Origin: Isosphaeraceae bacterium
GTDB taxonomy: Bacteria > Planctomycetota > Planctomycetia > Isosphaerales > Isosphaeraceae
Reading direction: 5' to 3'
Assembly (NCBI GenBank): GCA_965201075.1
Contig: CBDAVP010000002.1
Span: forward strand, 113,830-133,829
Length of the DNA: 20,000 nucleotides
In this document: positions 1 to 7,521 of the stretch, in pieces
How the letters are laid out: each line of letters begins with the position of its first letter
How positions within the stretch are numbered: the first letter of the stretch is position 1
The notes under the pieces: generated by a model
What the model was told of the DNA's origin: nothing
Seen by the model: only the letters and a program-made list of their open reading frames with translations
Databases searched by the model: none
Made by a program: the position numbers and the translations under genes

Positions 1-44
1 GCCAGGAACCTCGGGAGATCATCCGCGTCCTCCTCGACGCCCAT
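1..44 (-). CDS. Possible N-terminus of a gene running off the left edge (MGVEEDADDLPRFLA...), tentatively DUF1810-like
   Basis: Minus-strand ATG at 44 (alternative ATG at 50) with GGAGG about 7 nt upstream and an open frame to the edge. D-L-x-R-F-L resembles the start of DUF1810 proteins as I recall them. Only 15 codons are visible. Confidence 0.3.
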   Translation of the reverse strand, partial: MGVEEDADDLPRFL

Positions 45-150
45 GCCCATCCCTCCCGCGACCCAACCACCCAGGTCCGGCCACCCGCCGGACCCTCGCC
101 GAGCCTACCGCCCCCAAGCCCCGTCCCGCAACCTCGACGAAAGTCCGCGG

Positions 151-880
151 CAGGTCCGTTTCCCTCTCCATCGGCCGCGCAATCGGCTGTCCCCGAGTGC
201 CGGCGAAACCTCGAAGCAGAGTCGTTTCCATTCCATTGGGCTCGCAATCGGGGACTGGCTCCGTCGGTACTCCGTCGGTGCCTGTCCCCCATCGCCGTGG
301 CCGGTGGTCGGCGCAGTGGCAGGGACATTGAGGGCAAACGGGGAACAAGCAGGACCGTTTCCCTCTCCATTGGGCTCGCAATCGGGGACTGGCTCCGTCG
401 GTACTCCGTCGGTGCCTGTCCCCCATCGCCGTGGCCGGTGGTCGGCGCAGTGGCAAGGACATTGAGGGCGAACGGGGAACAAGCAGGACCGTTTCCCTCT
501 CCATTAAGCTCGCAATCGGGGACTGGCTCCGTCGGTACTCCGTCGGTGCCTGTCCCTCCATCGCCGTGGCCGGTGGTCGGCGCAGTGGCAGGGACATTGA
601 GGGCGAACGGGGAACAAACAGGACCGTTTCCCTCTCCATTGGACTCGCAATCGGGGACTGGCTCCGTCGGTACTCCGTCGGTGCCTGTCCCTCCATTGCC
701 GGGGCCGGTGGTCGGCGTGGCAGGGACATCGGGAAGCGAAAAAGGAACAGGCCGCTTCCATCTCCATTGGCCTCGCAATCGGGGACTGGCTCCGTCGGCA
801 CCCCGTCGGTGCCTGTCCCTCCATTGACGTGGCCGGTGGTCGGCGCAGTGGCAAGGACATCGGGAGGCGAAAGGGGAGCA
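151..880. repeat. Tandem array of five ~134-bp units, each with a 40-bp imperfect palindrome (REP/BIME-like), plus a degenerate partial unit at 151-186
   Basis: CTCGCAATCGGGGACTGGCTCC recurs at 241, 375, 509, 644 and 772 (periods 134, 134, 135, 128). The hairpin GGGGACTGGCTCCGTCGG-TACT-CCGTCGGTGCCTGTCCCC starts at 250, 384, 518, 653 and 781. Sequence between hairpins is also conserved. Confidence 0.95.
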
Positions 881-1017
881 AGCCCCGGAGGACTACACCA
901 AGAACCAGTCCCCATGGCCTCACCCAAGGAGAAAACGAAACGGCACTGGGCTCCGAGGATAGTCGGAAATCCGCCCCAAGTTCGGACATCGGCCCAAGAC
1001 GAATCCCGGGCCAACCC

Positions 1018-2790
1018 TCAACCCGTCACACCCGCCGAGGTCAGTCGGATCGCGCTATTGATGAGCGAAACATGGGAAAACGCCTGGGGAAAGTTCCCCA
1101 ACTGCCTCCCAGCCTTCGGGTCATATTCCTCCGCCAGCAAGCCCACGTCGTTGCGCAGGGCCAGCAACCGCTCAAACATCGACCGGGCCTCGTCCAGTCG
1201 GCCCATCAAGGTCAGGTTGTCGACCATCCAGAACGAGCAGGCCAGAAACGTCCCTTCCCCCGGCGGCAGACCATCCACGTCGGGCGTGGGGCTGTAGCGA
1301 GCCACCAGCCCATCGCTCATCAGTTCCCGACGAATCGCCTCCAGCGTCCCAATGACGCGAGAATCCTCGGCGGGCAGGAACCCCACCAGGGGGATCATCA
1401 GCAAGCTCGCGTCCAGAGCCTCCCCGCCATAATACTGAACGAATGCCCCTCGGGCGTGATCATACCCCTTCCGGCAGACATCCTCATGAATCTGGTCGCG
1501 AGTCGCCTTCCAGCGATCCACGGGAGCGTCCAGGTCAAATTCCTCGGCCGAGCGGATGGCCCGGTCCATCGCGGCCCACGCCATGACCTTGGAATGCGTG
1601 AACTGGCGACGAGGTCCCCTCACCTCCCAGATCCCCTCATCGGGCTCCTGCCAGGCCGATTCCACATACGCGATCAGGCTCCGTTCCAGCGCCCAAGCAT
1701 CCCCGTCGGGTTCCACCCCCAGCCGCCGAGCCTCATACATCGCCCCCAGGACCTCGCCATACACATCAAGTTGAAACTGCCCATGAGCCGCGTTCCCAAC
1801 TCTCACCGGGGCCGAGTTCTCATACCCCGGCAACCAGTCCAGGGTCATCTCGGTAAGCCGCCGCTCCCCGGCCAGCCCATACATGATTTGGAGTCGAGAC
1901 GGGTCGCCCGCCGCGGCCCTCAGCAGCCACGAACGCCAGGCGGCGGCCTCGTCCCGGAACCCCGCCCTCATCAACGAGTACAAGGTGAGAGTCGCGTCCC
2001 TCAGCCAGCAAAGCCGGTAGTCCCAGTTCCGCTCCCCACCAATCTTCTCGGGCAACGACGTCGTCGCCGCGGCCACAATTCCCCCCGTCGGCTCGTAAGC
2101 CAGAGCCTTCAAGGTAATCAGCGACCGCAGGACGGCGTCTCGCCAGGGGCCCTGGTATGTGCACTTTCCCGTCCATTCCGCCCAGAACGCCTCGGAGTCC
2201 AGCAAGGTCTGTTCGGGTTCGAGCGCGGGAGCGAGGGGTTCATGAGACGGGGTCCACGTCAGATCAAAGGAAACCCGTTCCCCCTCGCCCACCGTGAAGT
2301 GCGCCAACGTCCGGTTCCCCTCCCCACGAAGCGGAACGCCCGTCCGGATGGCGATCCGGTCCGGCCCCGACGTGGCGGTGAGTCCTCTCGCCAGATGCTG
2401 CACCCAGGGCACGATCGAGCCATAGTCGAACCGCAACGCCAGGTCCATCACCATCGGCACACGACCCCGCAACCCCTCCACCACCCGGATTAACTCGGGC
2501 GCCCCGCCTCTCGCCGGCATGCAGTCGATCAAACGCACCGCCCCCTCGGCCGTCTCGAACGTCGTCTCCAGCACCAGAGTCTCATCGCGATACCGACGAG
2601 ACGTCCCCTTCTCAGCGCCTTCGGGAGCGATCCGCCAACAGCCGTGCTCGGGGCTGCCCAGCAGCGCGGCGAAACAGGCTCCCGAGTCGAACCGGGGCAG
2701 GCACAGCCAGTCAATCGACCCGTCCAGGCCGACCAGCGCCGCGGTCTGGCCGTCGCCGATCATGGCGTACTCTTCAATGGGCAAGGGCAT
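1018..2790 (-). CDS. Glycoside hydrolase family 15 (glucoamylase/trehalase-like)
   Basis: Motifs IEEYAMIGDGQTAALV, IDWLCLPRFDS, AAATTSLPE..GGERNWDYR.CWLRD, QLDVYGE, IWEVRG, LLAEEYD..LGNFPQAFSH. Start set at the ATG of MPLPIEEY (2790), not the ORF-track start at 2826. Confidence 0.95.
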   Translation of the reverse strand: MPLPIEEYAMIGDGQTAALVGLDGSIDWLCLPRFDSGACFAALLGSPEHGCWRIAPEGAEKGTSRRYRDETLVLETTFETAEGAVRLIDCMPARGGAPELIRVVEGLRGRVPMVMDLALRFDYGSIVPWVQHLARGLTATSGPDRIAIRTGVPLRGEGNRTLAHFTVGEGERVSFDLTWTPSHEPLAPALEPEQTLLDSEAFWAEWTGKCTYQGPWRDAVLRSLITLKALAYEPTGGIVAAATTSLPEKIGGERNWDYRLCWLRDATLTLYSLMRAGFRDEAAAWRSWLLRAAAGDPSRLQIMYGLAGERRLTEMTLDWLPGYENSAPVRVGNAAHGQFQLDVYGEVLGAMYEARRLGVEPDGDAWALERSLIAYVESAWQEPDEGIWEVRGPRRQFTHSKVMAWAAMDRAIRSAEEFDLDAPVDRWKATRDQIHEDVCRKGYDHARGAFVQYYGGEALDASLLMIPLVGFLPAEDSRVIGTLEAIRRELMSDGLVARYSPTPDVDGLPPGEGTFLACSFWMVDNLTLMGRLDEARSMFERLLALRNDVGLLAEEYDPKAGRQLGNFPQAFSHVSLINSAIRLTSAGVTG

Positions 2791-2989
2791 CGACGGAAAA
2801 ACTCCCGGAGGATGGCGGCCCGACAAACCGCCCAGGATCGGGCTTGTGCGATTTCGCCAGCCCCGTTATAAGCTCCCAACCTGTCTTCGGCCTCCCCCCA
2901 CCGCGACCGACAACCCACGACTCCCGCCGATTTGAGTCACCGGGCACGGGAGGCCCGGCCTCTCCCTGGCTTCCCGGGAGCTTGTCGAG

Positions 2990-3817
2990 ATGTCGCGCCG
3001 CCGCGCCTTCCGACCCGAATCGTTACCCATCCTGGAAGACCGGGTCGTCCCCAGTACCTTCTTCCACACCGTCAACCAGGATTGGGATAAAGTCACCTCG
3101 CAGGTCAAAAGCGCCGCTCGGGCCGTCGCCACCAAGCACGACCCCAACCGAGCCCCCGGCGCCGAGGACCTCCAGGCCCGCCTCGGCCACACGAAACTCG
3201 GCCTTCCCGTGGCCGCCTCCGGAGCGGCCACCCCGGTCAAGTCCAACGCCGTCCACGCCAAGTACGGGCCCGCCGCCGGCCTCTACGTCCCCGGCCGCTC
3301 GATGAGCCGCACCACCTTCGACGACGGCACGACCCAGACCATCGTCGGTGTGGTCTCTCACTCCCACACCATCACCACCACCCTCCAGACGATCACTCTC
3401 CGCGACGGCACGGTCAAGACCGGCAGCCTCACGGCGGTCGTCAACGGACCGACCACCACCTATTCCGAAACCGTCGGCACAATCGGCAGCACCGCCGAGA
3501 CGATCACCGGCACCGACACTCGCGCTGGGCACGTCGTCACCTTCAACCGCACCGTCACCCTGGCCGACAACGCCGGGACTCAGACGATCCAGGGAACCCT
3601 CACCACCGCCGGGGCAACGACCAGCGTCGACCAGATGGTCACGCTCCCCAACGGCCAGACCGAGCACGTCGTCCAGACAAGCATCCGTCGCCCGGGCCGG
3701 ACCTACGCGGTCAACACCTCAACCACCGCCCCCGACGGCACCACAACCACCGTCACTAGCACTCGAGGCGAGCGAGGCCCCGCCAGCACCCTCCCCGCCG
3801 GCATGGACGTCTTCTGA
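2990..3817 (+). CDS. Planctomycete extracellular protein (LEPRxLL-type leader), Thr-rich, with ~27-aa beta-hairpin repeats
   Basis: N-terminus MSRRRAFRPESLPILEDRVVPS fits the Planctomycetes RRL..E.LE.R.LL leader. GGGAG precedes the ATG, codon third positions are strongly GC-biased, and the C-terminal half has repeated T-x-T-(L)-x-(D/N)G-T-x-x-T units. Confidence 0.8.
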   Translation: MSRRRAFRPESLPILEDRVVPSTFFHTVNQDWDKVTSQVKSAARAVATKHDPNRAPGAEDLQARLGHTKLGLPVAASGAATPVKSNAVHAKYGPAAGLYVPGRSMSRTTFDDGTTQTIVGVVSHSHTITTTLQTITLRDGTVKTGSLTAVVNGPTTTYSETVGTIGSTAETITGTDTRAGHVVTFNRTVTLADNAGTQTIQGTLTTAGATTSVDQMVTLPNGQTEHVVQTSIRRPGRTYAVNTSTTAPDGTTTTVTSTRGERGPASTLPAGMDVF

Positions 3818-4026
3818 GCCAGCCCAGACCAGGCCAGGGATCGCGCTCGATCCTGAAAAGGAAGAGTCCGCCCAGCTCGCCCCAGCCACCGCCAACCCGC
3901 ATCGCCCCGGCCCTCGGGGCGACGCCCTCCCCGGCCCGAATCGTCCCGGCCCAACGAAAAGCGGACTCGCTCGCGCGACCCGACAGTGCGGCGGTGCCTC
4001 TCAACCCAAAACGTGTGCCATCCACT

Positions 4027-4133
4027 TGTCGCGGCGGAGGAAAAAGGGGACTGGCTCTCGCGACCGAAAACTCTGGACACAACATCAGACAATTGCCCGC
4101 GAGTGCCTGTCCCTTTTTTCCTCCGCCGCGACA
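4027..4133. repeat. Solitary long inverted repeat (36-bp arms, 35-bp spacer), REP/MITE-like, sharing its core with the 151-880 array
   Basis: Left arm 4027-4062 TGTCGCGGCGGAGGAAAAAGGGGACTGGCTCTCGCG versus right arm 4098-4133 CGCGAGTGCCTGTCCCTTTTTTCCTCCGCCGCGACA: 33 of 36 positions complementary (one G.T, two T.T). Confidence 0.9.
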
Positions 4134-4448
4134 TGTCCCCCAACGCCTCGATAAAAACGCTCGAACCGCGAAACCCAGGCCCCATGGCCTCCAGGACTGA
4201 GCAGGATCACCAGGTCGCAAGACACAATTCCCCAGGCCCGAAAACCTCACCAACCTCCCGCCAGACACCCTCCAAAACCAATCGAGCCTCCTGGCCCATC
4301 CCAACCCTCGCGACCCCCTCGGTAAAAAATCGCGAAAAATCCGAATTTGCCCGTCATCAATCCCGACCTCGGTCACGATAGTGAACCTTGAGGGGATCAA
4401 TCCTCCCCCAACGAACCTGGAATCCGCACCAAAGCCCGAGCCAACCCC

Positions 4449-5447
4449 ATGAACGCCAACCCCTCGCCCGAAGTCCACACCACCCCCCGCCCCCTCCTCC
4501 ACGGCCTCAGCATCATCACCCCCGAAAACGAGGCCGACGCCCTCAACGACCGAATCGACTTCTGGACCTCCAGCCTCAAACCCTTCGACATCTACGAAGC
4601 CTGGCTCGTCCACGAAGTCGCCCGCAACACCCTCGAAATCGAGCGCCTTCACCAAACCCAGATCGTCCTGCGTCACGACCACGCCCAGCGCATCGCCATC
4701 GTCTTCGAGCAACAACAGCGTGACCACGCCGAACTCCTCGCCTCCGGTCTCGCTAGACACCCCGCCAGGGCCCTCGCCGCCCTCCGCAAATTCGCCCAGG
4801 GTTGCCTCGTCATAGCCCGTCGCTGGGAATGGCTCCTGAAATCCCTCGACAAGCGAGGAAACTGGACCGAGTCCCAACGCCAACAGGCCATGAACCTCCT
4901 CAACGTCCCACCCGACCTCCGAGACGGCGTAACGCCCCTCGATCCGCCCGATGAAGACCCAGAAACGCTCCGGGAACACCTCCAAAGGGTGGCCGAAACC
5001 GAGCTTCAGCGCCACAAGGAACTCGCCGCTCTCCTGCAACCGCTCGACGAACGGATGAAGCACGCGCAATCCCTGGGTCTCGGTCCCGAGCCGCCCGAAG
5101 TCGCCGCCATCCGCAAGGTCCAGCGACAGGCCGAGCGACGCCTCGCCTGGACCCGTTCCCAGTTCAAAACCTCCCGCCCCGACCCCCGTCCCGTCGACCG
5201 AAACAACTTGCCCGCCTACATCCCCGGCGAGTGGAAGAACAACATTCCGTACCAACCCAACCGGACCAGTTCGGCCGAACCCCCGACGCCCCGCGAACCC
5301 CAGCCCCCGGCGGTCGCCTCCACCCCTTCCTGGTCCACTCCCCAGCCTTCGCCGGACGGGCCGGCCCTCAACGTTCACCCCAACCCGAAACCCCAGATCC
5401 CCGACCCCACGCCATCCCGCTCCAAACACCGACGACGCCGCGCCTGA
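4449..5447 (+). CDS. Hypothetical helical protein (HGL-motif type common in planctomycetes) with a Pro-rich C-terminal tail
   Basis: 332-aa ORF with coding-like codon usage. LHGL...W...LKP...E..LV.E.A....IERL resembles a recurrent planctomycete hypothetical family. No function assignable. Confidence 0.7.
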   Translation: MNANPSPEVHTTPRPLLHGLSIITPENEADALNDRIDFWTSSLKPFDIYEAWLVHEVARNTLEIERLHQTQIVLRHDHAQRIAIVFEQQQRDHAELLASGLARHPARALAALRKFAQGCLVIARRWEWLLKSLDKRGNWTESQRQQAMNLLNVPPDLRDGVTPLDPPDEDPETLREHLQRVAETELQRHKELAALLQPLDERMKHAQSLGLGPEPPEVAAIRKVQRQAERRLAWTRSQFKTSRPDPRPVDRNNLPAYIPGEWKNNIPYQPNRTSSAEPPTPREPQPPAVASTPSWSTPQPSPDGPALNVHPNPKPQIPDPTPSRSKHRRRRA

Positions 5448-5757
5448 CCCCTCGACCGCTCTTTCTCAATCCGGCCCGATTCGGCGAACCCCCGCCAGGG
5501 CCGCTCCACGTCCCGGTCCAACCAGAGCGATTTCCTTCTCCACGGGCTCTGGAATCGCGGGCTGGCGCCGAAGCGCTGCCCGTAGGCCCGTTCCCCATTC
5601 CGTGGCAAGGTGGGCGGCTCCAGAAACCCGTGGAGCTTCTCGACGTGAGAGAAAACCCCCCTGGCCCGGTCTCCTGGACGGGGCGAAGGGATTCGGCGAA
5701 GATGGGCCCGACGCCCGCCCCGGCTCGAAATCCAGGGCGTCGGGAGGCTCGAACGTC

Positions 5758-6702
5758 GTGCTGGATTTGAGGATGCGGCTGGGACGTCTGCCACTGGTCA
5801 ACCCCGTCCTGGTCGCCTCGGGGACGTTCGGCTACGCCCGAGAACTGGCCCCGTTCGTCCGCCTGGGACGTCTCGGCGGAATCATTCCCAAAACCGTCAC
5901 CGCCCGCCCCCGCGCCGGCAACGCGACCCCGCGCACCGTCGAGACCGCCGCCGGCCTCCTCAACGCCATCGGCCTGGATAACGACGGCTTCGACCACTTT
6001 CTCGACCATCACCTGCCTTACCTGCGGACTCTCGGCACCGCCATCATCGCCAACATCGCCGGTGAGGACGAGGACGGCTTCGTCGACATGGCCGCCCGGT
6101 TGGAAGGGCGTCCCGGGGTCGCCGCCGTCGAGTTGAACATCTCCTGCCCGAATGTCTCCCACGGCCTGGACCTGGGGATCGACGCGGTCGCGGTGCGTCG
6201 GCTGATCGCCCGGGTCCGCGACGCCTGCCCCACCTTGCCGCTGATCGCCAAGCTGACACCCAACGTCACCGACATCGTCGCCATCGCCAGGGCCGCGGCC
6301 GAGGGGGGCGTCGACGCGGTCAGTCTGGTCAACACCTACCGCGGCCTGGTAGTCGACTGGCGACGCCAACGGCCAATCCTGGCCAACGACGTCGGGGGTC
6401 TCAGCGGGCCAGCCATCAAGCCCCTGGCCCTAGCCGCCGTCTGGAACGTCGCCAAGGCCCTGCCCGGCTTGCCAATCATCGGCATCGGCGGAATCCGCAC
6501 CGCCGACGACGCCTTGGATTTCCTCATCGCCGGCGCTTCGGCGGTCCAGGTCGGCACCGCCACCTTCTTCGACCCCGCCGCCGCCGACCGCCTGGTCGAC
6601 GACCTCCCCCGACTTCTCGCCGAAGGCTTCCCCAACGCCCAAACCATCGCCGAGGTCGTCGGCTCCCTCCGCTCCAACCAGGGAAAAGGCAACCACCGCT
6701 GA
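5758..6702 (+). CDS. pyrD: Dihydroorotate dehydrogenase, family 1 (1B-like) catalytic subunit
   Basis: NPVLVASGTFGY, KTVT...R.GN..PR, LNAIGL.N.G, ELNISCPN (catalytic Cys), KLTPNVTDI, GGLSGPAIKP, GASAVQVGTA. Start set at GTG 5758, 10 nt after GGAGG (5743-5747). Confidence 0.93.
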   Translation: MLDLRMRLGRLPLVNPVLVASGTFGYARELAPFVRLGRLGGIIPKTVTARPRAGNATPRTVETAAGLLNAIGLDNDGFDHFLDHHLPYLRTLGTAIIANIAGEDEDGFVDMAARLEGRPGVAAVELNISCPNVSHGLDLGIDAVAVRRLIARVRDACPTLPLIAKLTPNVTDIVAIARAAAEGGVDAVSLVNTYRGLVVDWRRQRPILANDVGGLSGPAIKPLALAAVWNVAKALPGLPIIGIGGIRTADDALDFLIAGASAVQVGTATFFDPAAADRLVDDLPRLLAEGFPNAQTIAEVVGSLRSNQGKGNHR

Positions 6703-6713
6703 GCAAGGCCGCC

Positions 6714-7397
6714 TCAACCGGGTCCGCCCTCCCGACGAATGCGATGCAACGTCCCGCGCAACGCCTCGCCCCGCTCGCCCCTCGCCTCCACAGCGCTCGG
6801 GTCGTCGACCAACCCCGCCCTCGCCAGCGCCATCGGCAAATCCTCGGTCGCGACCCGATAAGGCCCCGCCACCCAGGCGACCCCCTCCCTGTCCAGCATC
6901 CTCGCCAGGACCGAAACCACCAACGGAATCAGCCGGCGCTCATAAAGCACATCGGCCCCAAGGATCAACGGATAGGTCCGATCCGGCGGGTCCGTCCAGT
7001 CCAGCGGCTCGACGACGTAACGGTCCGTCGTGAATCCATTCGCCAGAGCGCTCCTCGCCAGGTAGGGAAATGGAGCCGGTTCATAATCGCTGAACGTGAC
7101 ATGCAGCCCAGCACCAACCCCAGCCAACCCCGCAAGACCCAGACCGCAACCCAGTTCCAACGCCCGGGTTCCAGGAATCCAACTCGCTCCCGCGACGGCC
7201 TCCGCCAGCAGAAACGCCCCGGGCCACAGGTAGGCCCAGTACGGCATGTAATCGTCCCGAGCGTTCCGAGCCAGAACCGTCGGGTCATTGAGCAATCGGT
7301 CCGGGTCCGCCGGGCGAACCAGCCGCAACCGCTTCCCGCCAATCTCCAGGTCGGTCGTAACCTCGGACCCCAGAAATCCTGCCTCCAATGGCGCCAT
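6714..7397 (-). CDS. Class I SAM-dependent methyltransferase, family 16 (protein lysine methyltransferase/METTL21-like)
   Basis: PYWAYLWPGA, LELGCGLGLAG (motif I), FSDY, LDW, ILGADVLYE. ATG at 7397 is preceded by GGAGG on the minus strand. Confidence 0.85.
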   Translation of the reverse strand: MAPLEAGFLGSEVTTDLEIGGKRLRLVRPADPDRLLNDPTVLARNARDDYMPYWAYLWPGAFLLAEAVAGASWIPGTRALELGCGLGLAGLAGVGAGLHVTFSDYEPAPFPYLARSALANGFTTDRYVVEPLDWTDPPDRTYPLILGADVLYERRLIPLVVSVLARMLDREGVAWVAGPYRVATEDLPMALARAGLVDDPSAVEARGERGEALRGTLHRIRREGGPG

Positions 7398-7427
7398 TCC
7401 AAACCTCCACGAGGACCGGCAAATCGT

Positions 7428-7457
7428 TTGACCGCCCCTGGCCGACTGACTTATAAT
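7428..7457 (+). promoter_or_regulatory. sigma70-type promoter of the iron-uptake operon
   Basis: TTGACC (7428-7433), 18 nt, then a perfect TATAAT (7452-7457), in very GC-rich DNA. Confidence 0.75.
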
Positions 7458-7462
7458 TCTGA

Positions 7463-7483
7463 AGTTGAGACCGAATCTCAACT
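7463..7483. promoter_or_regulatory. Palindromic operator, Fur/IRO-like (TGA-N9-TCA)
   Basis: AGTTGAGA-CCGAA-TCTCAACT is a perfect 8-5-8 inverted repeat over the predicted +1, upstream of iron transporter genes. Confidence 0.7.
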
Positions 7484-7521
7484 CGACCCGCCCGCCGTCT
7501 CTCCCCGCCGAGTCGACACGC

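Noticed and set aside
241..880. CRISPR array interpretation of the repeated palindromes
   Set aside because: The ~94-bp stretches between hairpins are near-identical rather than unique spacers, the period is too long, and no cas genes are in the window.
19..1297. ORFs crossing the tandem array (19..1014, 43..465, 105..482, 297..827, 431..1297, 504..989)
   Set aside because: Most repeat periods (134, 134, 128) are not multiples of 3, so the same peptides rotate through frames. This fits a non-coding, stop-poor repeat.
829..2493. 554-aa plus-strand ORF
   Set aside because: Antisense shadow of the GH15 gene in high-GC DNA, with no recognisable motifs.
3703..5429. Minus-strand ORFs 3703..4185 and 3756..5429, and plus-strand ORFs 3986..4381 and 3994..4200
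   Set aside because: They are antisense shadows of 4449..5447 or translations of the inverted-repeat element (KKGTG/SQSPF peptides).
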